DNA of 64,000 nucleotides from Bdellovibrio sp. (GTDB taxonomy: Bacteria; Bdellovibrionota; Bdellovibrionia; Bdellovibrionales; Bdellovibrionaceae): NCBI GenBank assembly GCA_036677065.1, contig JAKFBS010000004.1:224001-288000 (forward strand), in the 5' to 3' direction. Numbering within the stretch: the first letter of the stretch is position 1; each line of letters opens with the position of its first letter. A model generated the notes under the pieces. The model did not search any database. It saw only the letters and a list, made by a program, of their open reading frames with translations, and was not told the origin of the DNA. The position numbers and the translations under genes are program-made. This document shows, piece after piece, positions 18,223 through 27,332 of the stretch.

Positions 18223-19452
18223 CTATTTTTTACGTTTAGACTTTTTGCGCATAGATTCTTCTTGTTCAATTAATTCTTGAAAATTCATATCATGCATTGG
18301 TGGCATGACGATCATTTCGTAATTCTTTTTGCTGACTTTAGTGACTTCGATTTTTTTACCTAAGAGCTCTTCGATGCTTTGTAAAAAGGGCATTTCTTCT
18401 GGCGCACAAAATGAAACCGCAATCCCTTTGTTAAAACCACGGCCAGTGCGACCGATTCGATGAACATAGTTTTCATTTTTTTCTGGCAGATCGTAATTAA
18501 TCACATGAGTCACATCTGGAATATCAATCCCACGCGCAGATACATCTGTCGCGATTAACACTTTACATTCGCCGGCACGAAACGCTCGCATCACTTCAGT
18601 GCGGTCAGTTTGATCTTTTTCGCCGTGTAAGGTTAAAGTAGTTACTTCTAACTTAGCCAAAGCCTTAGCAACGCGCTCTGCACGCACGCGCGTACGTACG
18701 AACACCACGAATTTGCCGTCTGGATTTTGTTTAAAGTATTCAGCTAAGAAATAACGTTTGTCGTCCATATCAATAAACATTACCGAGTGAGTTACGTTTT
18801 TTGAAACTGGATCTTCCGGAGAAATTTGAATACGGATAGCGCTACTTCGAACTTGGTCGTACGCCATCTTTTTAATTTTTGCATTAATAGTGGCCGAGAA
18901 AAACAGGGTTTGATGACCGCGCACTAATTTACGTTTAATAGATTCGATATCGTTGATAAAGCCTAGATCAAGCATTTGATCGGCCTCATCTAAAACTAAA
19001 GTTTCGATATGGCTTACATCGACATAACCTTGGGCGATCAGGTCAAACATGCGCCCAGGTGTCGTAATTAAGATATCAATGCCGTCGCCAAGTTTGCGAA
19101 TTTGTTTGTCTTGTTCTACGCCGCCGTAAAGCGCGAAAGATTTTACTTTCATATTTCGGCATAGACCATTGAACACTTCACCGATTTGTTGCGCAAGTTC
19201 ACGCGTCGGCACCATGACCAAACAACGAATGCCTTCGTTACGTTTGCTTTTTTTGCGGGAATGAATGTTTTCAATAATTGGAATTGCAAAAGCGCCAGTT
19301 TTACCGGTACCAGTTTGCGCGATCGCTAAAACGTCTTCGCCTCTTAAGATCGACGGAATCGCTTTGAATTGGATGTCTGTGGTGCGGAAAAAACCTAAGT
19401 TGTTTAGATTGCGCAGTAAGTCTTCAGAGAGGTGGAATTTTTCGAATTTCAT
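18223..19452 (-). CDS. DEAD-box RNA helicase (RhlE-like)
   Basis: AQTGTGKT, PTRELA, TPGR, DEAD, SAT, ARGID and HRIGRTGR motifs. Confidence 0.95.
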   Translation of the reverse strand: MKFEKFHLSEDLLRNLNNLGFFRTTDIQFKAIPSILRGEDVLAIAQTGTGKTGAFAIPIIENIHSRKKSKRNEGIRCLVMVPTRELAQQIGEVFNGLCRNMKVKSFALYGGVEQDKQIRKLGDGIDILITTPGRMFDLIAQGYVDVSHIETLVLDEADQMLDLGFINDIESIKRKLVRGHQTLFFSATINAKIKKMAYDQVRSSAIRIQISPEDPVSKNVTHSVMFIDMDDKRYFLAEYFKQNPDGKFVVFVRTRVRAERVAKALAKLEVTTLTLHGEKDQTDRTEVMRAFRAGECKVLIATDVSARGIDIPDVTHVINYDLPEKNENYVHRIGRTGRGFNKGIAVSFCAPEEMPFLQSIEELLGKKIEVTKVSKKNYEMIVMPPMHDMNFQELIEQEESMRKKSKRKK

Positions 19453-19536
19453 AGAAGCGGACTGTATCATCGCAGGGCCTGCGAATGAAGTTAAAAAGGG
19501 GGAGAGGCCCCGTTTATGGAGCCTCTTTTGTAATAA

Positions 19537-19821
19537 CTACGGAGCTTCGAAAGTAGGGTTAGACGGGTTGTTGCCGTGTTGGCCATTAGATCCAGTTGGA
19601 ACCCAGCTAGGTACGCCGTATTCAGATGGAGCTTGGTATTCATTTTCGTTAGATGGATTGTGTGATCCAGCTGGAACACCTTGTGATTCACGCTCTTTGT
19701 AAGTCACAGTTTCACATTGTTGACCTGATTCGCCACGGTCACAAACAGTTACAGTTACATAACGATCAGCAAAAGCTGCTACAGACATCATAGTGATAGC
19801 TGCGATAATCATTGTTTTCAT
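19537..19821 (-). CDS. Small secreted protein with duplicated C-terminal NPSN..(Y/F)xAP motif
   Basis: AAAGGAG RBS, signal peptide MKTMIIAAITMMSVAAFA, two Cys; hairpin at about 19503-19529 downstream. Confidence 0.75.
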   Translation of the reverse strand: MKTMIIAAITMMSVAAFADRYVTVTVCDRGESGQQCETVTYKERESQGVPAGSHNPSNENEYQAPSEYGVPSWVPTGSNGQHGNNPSNPTFEAP

Positions 19822-20145
19822 AGAGATCTCCTTTGGTTTTGTGAACCTTTTTGGATTCACAGTTTTTTTAAAACACACGTTTGTTGTGCGCTTAGCTTCT
19901 CGCAAACTTGTGAAAAAAGAACAATACAAATTTCACAAAAATTATTTGAAAAGTTCACAAAAATAACTGAAAACATGAGAAAGCATAGTAAAAACAATTA
20001 TTTATGGTTTGCTGCTTCTAACGATGCATTGCGCAATTGATGGGGAAAGTTGGAACAACAAAGCAATGTTTGACTTGAGGCAGGCTTTAATGATGAATGC
20101 CTCTTAAGACACGTTTTGTGAAAAAGATCCTCTAAAGGAGTGTTC

Positions 20146-20592
20146 ATGGCTAAAGCCGTATTAACCACTGTATTTGCAATTTTAGCGACCGTTGCCGTTC
20201 ATGCTGCTACTTACACCAGTCATGCTTATGAAAGTATATTGAATGGTATTCCCTTGAATAATGCCTGTTTAACCAAAGACCATGTGCAAACCATTAAAGG
20301 TCTTACTGTTTGTGAAGAAAAAAAAGAAGTTGTGCTTAATGATGGCATTAACACTTCAACTGATTTCATCTGTGTGAAATGGTCGACGCAAAGTCTTTCA
20401 TACTCGCGCAAATACATTTCTGAAGAGTGTACGCAGTTTGTAATTGGCGAAGGTGATATGTCGTGCAAAAAATATGAGAAAAAAACCAAATTACTTCCGC
20501 AAACTATTTTAGTGCGTACTTGGACAGAAAATGCCGATTACAACAACTATCCGGGTTCAGTTTCTAAATTTACGTTTCCGGCTTGTAAGTAA
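20146..20592 (+). CDS. Secreted Cys-rich hypothetical protein
   Basis: AAAGGAG RBS, signal peptide, six cysteines. Confidence 0.75.
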   Translation: MAKAVLTTVFAILATVAVHAATYTSHAYESILNGIPLNNACLTKDHVQTIKGLTVCEEKKEVVLNDGINTSTDFICVKWSTQSLSYSRKYISEECTQFVIGEGDMSCKKYEKKTKLLPQTILVRTWTENADYNNYPGSVSKFTFPACK

Positions 20593-20600
20593 GGGTGTAA

Positions 20601-21434
20601 ATGAACAGCCTTTCTCAAGCCACCTCAATTAAAGACTTTGTTAGCTTCGAGCTTCGTAAGACGCTTGAAAACGATGAGACTTTAAAAACATTGAGTGAAA
20701 AACTAAATCTAAAATCTCCGAGTTTGTTATCAATGATAGCTAACGGCAAGCGCTTGCCTTCTGAGGCGGTTTTAGAAAAGCTTTTTAACGTTTGGAAAAC
20801 TGGCGCAAAAGAGCGTAAATTTTTACGTCTGCAATTACAGCTGGAAAAAAAGCATCAAAAAGGAAAAGAAGCCTTAAGCTTGATGCAAGAAATTAAAAAG
20901 TTAAATCCCCCAAGCGCATTTTATAAATTAAAACTAAAACAAATCGAATCAGTGCGCGACTGGCATGTGCTGGTGGTACGGGCCTTGGCGAATAATCCAG
21001 AATTTCAAGCTGATCCGCAGTGGATTTCTGAAAAACTAAGAAATAAAATTAGTCCGAAACAAGCGCGTACAGCTTTGGCTTTATTAATCGATCGCGGGTT
21101 ATTAGCTCAGGATGCAAAAACTGGAAAGATCACCGTTTGCCAGGATTTTATTGAAACCACGCACGAAATCCCCTCAGAAGCAATTCGTCAGCATCACCGT
21201 GGAATGCTGAATCGTGCACTTGAAGCTTTAAACGAACAATCGGTTGCCGAGCGTTTATTTAATTCGATCACTTTAAATTTTAAACCTGAAGACTTAGAAG
21301 CGGCAAAAAAACGAATTGTCGAATTCAACCGTGCTTTTCATGATGAATTTGGCAACAACGTTTCTGAAACGGTCTATCAGCTTAATGTTCAGTTATTCAG
21401 TCACACTTTACCTGTGAAGGGAAAAGAAAAATGA
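20601..21434 (+). CDS. TIGR02147/DUF4423-family HTH protein
   Basis: N-terminal HTH (LSEKLNLKSPSLLSMIANGKR), W..LVVR.L, AIRQHH...L..A..AL and C-terminal VYQLNVQLF. Confidence 0.85.
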   Translation: MNSLSQATSIKDFVSFELRKTLENDETLKTLSEKLNLKSPSLLSMIANGKRLPSEAVLEKLFNVWKTGAKERKFLRLQLQLEKKHQKGKEALSLMQEIKKLNPPSAFYKLKLKQIESVRDWHVLVVRALANNPEFQADPQWISEKLRNKISPKQARTALALLIDRGLLAQDAKTGKITVCQDFIETTHEIPSEAIRQHHRGMLNRALEALNEQSVAERLFNSITLNFKPEDLEAAKKRIVEFNRAFHDEFGNNVSETVYQLNVQLFSHTLPVKGKEK

Positions 21435-22312
21435 GAAACGCAAAAAACCTTTTAGTTATATCTGTGTTTTTATTATCAGCGATCACCCAGGCGGGTGGAA
21501 GTTTTGTCGGCAATGGCGCAGGACTTATGGAAAACCGTTTTCAATACAGCTATGCCTCGTTGAATAAAGTTCTAATGAATTGTTTGATTAATAATGATTG
21601 TGATTTCACAACCCAAGAAAAAGCAATTGCTGAAAATGTATCAGAAGTTTTGATGCAAAATATTTCTAATTCAGACAAATTTGTTTTTCTGACTGATAAA
21701 CAATTTTCTGATCTGACGACAATGCCGATGAATGAACCGCACCGTATTGCCATGACAGGCTTAACGCCGCAAGATCCGATCTATATTAATGTCGATCTGT
21801 TGTATGATATCAGCGGAAAACCACAATTAGAGTACGGCGCAGTGGTTGCTCTTGTTTTTCATGAAGTGGGTCATCAAACAGGCGAAACCTCGCACCAGTT
21901 GCTCGATGTGATAGGGACTAAACTTCGTTTAAAGCTTGAAGAAGAAACATTGGTTTATAAGTTTGAATTAGTTAATTTAGATAAAATCGAAGTGATGATG
22001 AGTAATTATTCGTCGCCAAATAAATTTGCCGAAATTCGCATTAGCCGCAATAACAATGCGATGACCAGCGTTGGCGCAAATATTTCAAAAAGTTTTAAGT
22101 GTAACGATAAAAAAGCTAAAGTGACTGCTTACGAATATTTTAACGGTTATTTCACGCCGGTATTTAAGGGCTCAAAAGCGACTTTTAATTTTATTGCTAA
22201 CATTCACTGTGTGAAAACAAACGGGCAGTTAAATATCGAACGTAAGAATGTTAGCTTTGATATCCGCCAAGATAATTCGATCGATAGTTTAAAGATGTCA
22301 TCGATTTTTTAA
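21431..22312 (+). CDS. Secreted protein with HExxH (zinc-metallopeptidase-like) motif
   Basis: Signal peptide then GGSFVGNG; ALVFHEVGHQ; ATGA overlap with the upstream regulator gene. Confidence 0.7.
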   Translation: MRNAKNLLVISVFLLSAITQAGGSFVGNGAGLMENRFQYSYASLNKVLMNCLINNDCDFTTQEKAIAENVSEVLMQNISNSDKFVFLTDKQFSDLTTMPMNEPHRIAMTGLTPQDPIYINVDLLYDISGKPQLEYGAVVALVFHEVGHQTGETSHQLLDVIGTKLRLKLEEETLVYKFELVNLDKIEVMMSNYSSPNKFAEIRISRNNNAMTSVGANISKSFKCNDKKAKVTAYEYFNGYFTPVFKGSKATFNFIANIHCVKTNGQLNIERKNVSFDIRQDNSIDSLKMSSIF

Positions 22313-22447
22313 TTAGCGCTGGGCTTGTTATAAGTGTCTTGTTTTGACTATCTACATTTGATGCGTAGATGGTTTTAACAAGTGTCGATGTAGAAGTTTG
22401 CACCGCATAAGCCTGGCCCTGTTAAAAGCCTTTTAAATTGAGAAGAG

Positions 22448-22465
22448 TTGGAATAGTTTTCGCTT
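22448..22465 (+). promoter_or_regulatory. Putative sigma54 promoter
   Basis: TTGGAATAGTTTTCGCTT (GG-N10-GC); very close to the ATG, so the leader would be minimal. Confidence 0.35.
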
Positions 22466-22477
22466 ATTAAAATAAGT

Positions 22478-23284
22478 ATGAAGACTATAATTTTTATTTG
22501 TTTAATGATGATGGTTTCTTTAACGCATGCATTAGAGGCGGGTGTTGCAACCTGCGAAAACTGCAGCTCTAACCATACCTCTAAGCAGTTTGTAACTTTG
22601 TCTCAAACTGGAACTTTCATAGATAATATTGGTGAAAAGTTAGGTTGGAAAAACGCCTGTGAATCATTTGTAAAAGATGAATTCATTGGAAAACACGGCG
22701 AATTTATTCGTCGTAAAATGCGCGAAACTGGTTCTTATCCCAATCTTAAACGCGGTGATGCAGATTTAAACCGCTTATGCCCAAATTATCCTGATATGAC
22801 CGAAAATAACAAAGCCAATGTCGCTCTAGTATTATTAACCGCGATGGCTTTTGAAGAGAGCTCTTGCAAAAACGATAATACAGGTAAAGGTGTGAATGGT
22901 GCTGCGGGTGGTTTTTTTCAACTGCATGCCGGTGCAGAAGGTGATTACAGCTCGGGGTGTAAGGACTATGACAGTAAAACTCCTGAAGGCAGTATCTCCT
23001 GCACTTTAGCCATGATCAATAAGACCATGAGTAAAGGAAATTTATTTCGCCAAAAAGGCATGTACTGGGATGTTTTACGTCCTATGCGCTGGGTTGCAAA
23101 AACCAAATCATATGTAGCTAATCCATCCTATGCAAAAATTCGTAAAGCGATCAGTAGCTTTCCAGCTTGTCATGATCGCAATAAAATGATCGAAGGTCGT
23201 TCAATTGCTGATATTGATCTGGAAATCTACCAAGTCATTGATGTGAATAATCACAGACAGTCATCTGATCCGTATAAAATGTAA
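22478..23284 (+). CDS. Secreted lytic-transglycosylase (SLT/lysozyme-like) protein, paralog of 43368..44204
   Basis: AMAFEESS (catalytic Glu-Ser motif), GFFQL (GLMQ-like), CPNY, YWDVLRP; signal peptide. Confidence 0.72.
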   Translation: MKTIIFICLMMMVSLTHALEAGVATCENCSSNHTSKQFVTLSQTGTFIDNIGEKLGWKNACESFVKDEFIGKHGEFIRRKMRETGSYPNLKRGDADLNRLCPNYPDMTENNKANVALVLLTAMAFEESSCKNDNTGKGVNGAAGGFFQLHAGAEGDYSSGCKDYDSKTPEGSISCTLAMINKTMSKGNLFRQKGMYWDVLRPMRWVAKTKSYVANPSYAKIRKAISSFPACHDRNKMIEGRSIADIDLEIYQVIDVNNHRQSSDPYKM

Positions 23285-23611
23285 GAGGGTTTTCCATATT
23301 TTTAGTAAAGCAGATTTTGGCGGTAGCATTTTATTAAGTAGCTCGGTAATTTCTTGTTGCTGGTGTAATTCTGCTGCCTGAAGCGGAGTAAGATTATCAT
23401 ACTCAGACAACAAGGCAGGATCTGCTCCATGTTGTAATAAATATTTTGCGATATCTATGTGACCTGCGCTAATCGCCGCAACCAGCGGGGTGCAAAGAAT
23501 TTCTGGATGTTGGTAATTCGGATTTACGCCACCGGTAATATGGTATTGCACCAGTGCTAGATCGCCAGTAGATGCTGCATTATACATTTCTTTCCAGTCG
23601 CCGGCAGACAT
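23261..23611 (-). CDS. Ankyrin-repeat protein
   Basis: TPLVAAISAGHIDIAKYLLQHGADP and TPLQAA. Confidence 0.9.
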   Translation of the reverse strand: MSAGDWKEMYNAASTGDLALVQYHITGGVNPNYQHPEILCTPLVAAISAGHIDIAKYLLQHGADPALLSEYDNLTPLQAAELHQQQEITELLNKMLPPKSALLKIWKTLLHFIRIR

Positions 23612-23616
23612 TTTAG

Positions 23617-24381
23617 TTAGTCTTCATCTTTTTCATCTTTATCGTCTTTATCGTCATCAAATTTTAGATCAAAGAAATCAGTCGATGGCTGTTCTACGCG
23701 GGGAATCTCAGGGGCTACGCGATTTAAGATGCGATGCTGTCTTGAGGTCACATAAGCCGACGGGCGGTCGATGCGAAACCTGCGTGGATTTGGCAGAACG
23801 GCCGCAATTAATGAAGCTTGTGAGGAGTTAATCGTCTTTGCGGTCTTTTTAAAAAACTTGTTTGAGGCGGCTTCAACGCCGTACACGCCAGAACCCAGTT
23901 CAACTACGTTCAGGTAAACTTCCATGATACGTTCTTTGGGCCACATCACTTCAATTAAAACAGTGAAGTAGGCTTCCATACCTTTGCGAATCCAATCCCT
24001 GCGTGGCCATAAAAACACATTTTTGGCTGTTTGTTGGCTGATGGTACTGGCGCCTTTTTTACGTTTATGGGTTTGATTGTACTTCATGGCTTTTTCGATC
24101 GCATCGTAATCAAAACCATTGTGTTCAAAAAAACGATAGTCTTCAGATTTTAAAACGGCTTTTTGTACCGATGGAGCAATTTCATCAATCGGAACCCAGG
24201 TTTTATTCATGCCGACAAATTTTTCTTCGCCAAGAGATTGCAGCGAACGAATAAACATGAGCGGCGTAAAATAAACGGGTACATAGCGATAAAAGAAAAC
24301 GCTGCCGAATGTGCTGACAAAGAACAATAGGGTTAATTGCAGGGTCAGTTTTTTAAAGCGGGGCCAAAAGTTCTTTTGCAT
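23617..24381 (-). CDS. mtgA: Monofunctional peptidoglycan glycosyltransferase
   Basis: EDYRFFEHNGFD, GASTISQQTAKNVFLW, RKGMEAY and KERIMEVYLN GT51 motifs; N-terminal TM helix. Confidence 0.95.
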   Translation of the reverse strand: MQKNFWPRFKKLTLQLTLLFFVSTFGSVFFYRYVPVYFTPLMFIRSLQSLGEEKFVGMNKTWVPIDEIAPSVQKAVLKSEDYRFFEHNGFDYDAIEKAMKYNQTHKRKKGASTISQQTAKNVFLWPRRDWIRKGMEAYFTVLIEVMWPKERIMEVYLNVVELGSGVYGVEAASNKFFKKTAKTINSSQASLIAAVLPNPRRFRIDRPSAYVTSRQHRILNRVAPEIPRVEQPSTDFFDLKFDDDKDDKDEKDED

Positions 24382-24483
24382 ATAGCTGGTTTAATTATAG
24401 CGTTAAAGGGCTAAAAGTCATTCACACTAAAGTAGGGAAATTTTGTTTATTGACCTGAAATGCTCATCTTTTAGAATGAAAAG

Positions 24484-26676
24484 ATGGCTTTTCCTGTTTT
24501 ACCGGCAAAATACTACCTGACGCATTTTCATGAATTCTTAGAATTCATTGAAGACCATTATTTGCCAGTCCTTGAAACAGAACATGTGAAGTTTATAAAA
24601 AGCTTTCAAAGCTTAAGCGAAGACGCACAATGTATTTATGTTCGCATGGTCAACCGCAAGGGGATTTTATTCGCTAAAGCGGGTTTTGTTAAATACGCCG
24701 AAATTAGCGAACACGAAAAAGCCTATGCAGAATTAAAGCAATCTGAATTAATAAAAACTGTCAGTGATTATCATAAATTAGATTTAATTGGTTTTTTCAG
24801 CAAAAAAGAAAACCATCAATGGTTTAAAAAAAGTAATATCAAATTTAATAAAACAGATAGTGTCGATAAGTTAGAAGAGTTAGCTTTGGCAAATCTTGAG
24901 CAACTCAGCATTGAGCATTTATCTGATTTAGATCAGTTGATCGTGCAAGCCTGCCAAGAAGAGTTAAGCTATCTTCTGTTTTTATTCTTCGGCACTTTGC
25001 AGACAAGCCTTAGTCTATATACTTTACGCGATTTGGGAATCCATCAGAAAAGTCAGTTTAAAGAAAAATTCAAGCCTCGCTATACCGATCTAACGGTTGC
25101 ACAAACTGAGTACCAGTTATTAAAAATTATGAGTAATTTAGGTGAGGATAATTTAGACCAAGCCCTCGAATTCGCACTGTCAGTTAAAGTTAATAAAAAC
25201 AGCACTCAAGCCTTAAAGAGCGAACTTTTATTAGAAATCGCCAGTTTGTGTGAAGAGCAGCAGCCACAGAAAGCCATTGCCGCATTGAAAGAAGCAAAAA
25301 ATTATCCCGCCAGACAGAATTTAGCTAAAATTTATTATAAGTTAGAGCAAAAAGAAGACTGTAAAACAGTTTTAGAAGCTATTATTGACCAACCGATCAA
25401 TGATGAAGAAATTCTTTTTGCTGAAGACTTTTTAGATCGCAAATTTAATAAAAAGAAAATGGGTTATCTGACCCAAGCTCTGCGTTCTGCCCAAGAGATT
25501 TCTTTAAGCGAAGCTTATCTTAAAAGTCCGGAAGCCGGCGTAAAAGACTATTATGAAAAAAAAGGGATTCAGGCCACATTTACTGAAAATTATCTTTGGT
25601 GCGCGCTGTTTGGTTTATTTTTTTGGAACGAAATTTTTGAAGATGAACAATCAGCCTTGCATAACCCGTTCGAGCGGTCTCCGGCTGATCTAGTCGGCGA
25701 AGAATTTTATTTAAATCATAAAAAACAAATCGAAGATAAATTATTACTTCTATCAGACTATAAAAAAACTGAAAAATTAATTTTAAAAACAGTCACTGAA
25801 AAGCTTGGTAAGCTCAATGATATTTTTCAATGGCATCCAACAGTAGCCAAATTGGTGCTAAGTTTTTTAAAGGCTTCTGCGCAAAAAGATGTTGCGCACA
25901 TTCTTCGAATGATGAGTCAAAATTTTTCAAATTATCACAGCGGCTATCCTGATTTAATGCTTGAAACCGAAGAAGGCATTCAATTTGTAGAGGTTAAAGC
26001 TGAAGGTGATGTCTTAAAGGCGAAACAACTTTCAAAATTACGTTTATTAAAAGAAGCCGGCTTTGAAGTGAGTGTCTTAAGAGTTAATTGGGTAACAGAT
26101 CCGAATCAAGTGTATGTGGTTGTTGATATTGAAACGACCGGTGGGTCGGGAATTTCTCACAAGATCACTGAAATTGGAGCCGTCAAAATTCAAAACGGTA
26201 AAATTATCGAAGAGTTTCAAACTTTACTTAACCCCGGTAGAGCCATACCAAAATACATTACGGGAATTACCGGAATTACCAATGAAATGGTTAAAGATGC
26301 TCCAAAGTTCAGTGATATTGCTGATCGCTTTTTTGAATTCACACAAGGGGCGATCTTTGTCGCTCATAATGTGCGTTTCGATTACGGTTTTATTCAAAAA
26401 GAATATCAACGTCTTGAAACATCCTATGTGCGGCCGCTGTTATGTACAGTGCAAGGCATGCGTAAGCATTATCCGGGATTATCATCATACAGTTTAAAAA
26501 ATCTTTGTGTAAACTTTAATATTTCGTTAGAGCAACATCATCGTGCGATGTTTGATGCTAAAGCTGCCGCCGAATTATTAAATTTGATTCATCTTAAAAA
26601 GTCGCCTTCTCAGACAGAAGACAGTGCGCAAAGTTTAGTGCAAGAATCTGTGGTCGACCGAAATTTTTTCGAGTAA
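24484..26676 (+). CDS. FAN1-like VRR-NUC nuclease fused to a DEDDh (DnaQ-like) 3'-5' exonuclease
   Basis: YYLTHF and YVRMVNRKG N-terminal motifs, GYPDL...FVEVKAEGD.L...Q, then VVDIETTG, AHNVRFD and HRAMFDA. Confidence 0.88.
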   Translation: MAFPVLPAKYYLTHFHEFLEFIEDHYLPVLETEHVKFIKSFQSLSEDAQCIYVRMVNRKGILFAKAGFVKYAEISEHEKAYAELKQSELIKTVSDYHKLDLIGFFSKKENHQWFKKSNIKFNKTDSVDKLEELALANLEQLSIEHLSDLDQLIVQACQEELSYLLFLFFGTLQTSLSLYTLRDLGIHQKSQFKEKFKPRYTDLTVAQTEYQLLKIMSNLGEDNLDQALEFALSVKVNKNSTQALKSELLLEIASLCEEQQPQKAIAALKEAKNYPARQNLAKIYYKLEQKEDCKTVLEAIIDQPINDEEILFAEDFLDRKFNKKKMGYLTQALRSAQEISLSEAYLKSPEAGVKDYYEKKGIQATFTENYLWCALFGLFFWNEIFEDEQSALHNPFERSPADLVGEEFYLNHKKQIEDKLLLLSDYKKTEKLILKTVTEKLGKLNDIFQWHPTVAKLVLSFLKASAQKDVAHILRMMSQNFSNYHSGYPDLMLETEEGIQFVEVKAEGDVLKAKQLSKLRLLKEAGFEVSVLRVNWVTDPNQVYVVVDIETTGGSGISHKITEIGAVKIQNGKIIEEFQTLLNPGRAIPKYITGITGITNEMVKDAPKFSDIADRFFEFTQGAIFVAHNVRFDYGFIQKEYQRLETSYVRPLLCTVQGMRKHYPGLSSYSLKNLCVNFNISLEQHHRAMFDAKAAAELLNLIHLKKSPSQTEDSAQSLVQESVVDRNFFE

Positions 26677-26785
26677 TGAGGCATTTTGCCAAGCAAGTGA
26701 CTAATCATCAGTTATGCAGTGTTCGCGGTGTTGATTGATACTCGTGGTCTAATTCAAACTTTGATTATAACGATCAAGGAGAATC

Positions 26786-27274
26786 ATGAAACAACTTATC
26801 TTAACTTTAATTGTTCTAACAACGACAGCTGTCTTCGCAGATACTATGCCTAAAGTCACATCGACAGACAGTGGTCATGTCATGCACAGTAAAAAATCTA
26901 TGAAGTGGGTAGCCGCACCCCCTTCATTGCCAGCCGGTGCGCAAGCCGCCGTTATTGACGGTGATCCGACTAAGGCCGGTGAATTTACAATGCGACTTAA
27001 ATTTCCGGCTAATTATAAAATTCCACCGCACACTCATCCGGTGGATGAACACATCACTGTTATTGAAGGCACATTTAGTATGGGATTAGGCGAAAAATTC
27101 GATGCTAAAACAGCCCATGCAATGAGTGCCGGTGATTATGCGCGTATGACTGCTGGCACGAAACATTTCGCGATGACAAAATCACCCACCGTGGTTCAGT
27201 TGCATGGTAATGGACCGTGGGGAATAACGTACGTTAACCCAGCCGATGATCCGCGCGAGGCAAATAAAAAATAA
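26786..27274 (+). CDS. Secreted cupin-domain protein (DUF4437-like)
   Basis: PPHTHPVDEHITVIEG...HFA cupin motif; signal peptide; AAGGAG RBS. Confidence 0.88.
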   Translation: MKQLILTLIVLTTTAVFADTMPKVTSTDSGHVMHSKKSMKWVAAPPSLPAGAQAAVIDGDPTKAGEFTMRLKFPANYKIPPHTHPVDEHITVIEGTFSMGLGEKFDAKTAHAMSAGDYARMTAGTKHFAMTKSPTVVQLHGNGPWGITYVNPADDPREANKK

Positions 27275-27332
27275 GTACGGAAAAATCTGACCACCATGGG
27301 TATAGCCCGAAAGTAATAGATCGCGGCAAAAT

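Noticed and set aside
20050..20064. TTGGAAC...GC as a sigma54 promoter
   Set aside because: Spacing is GG-N9-GC, not the required N10.
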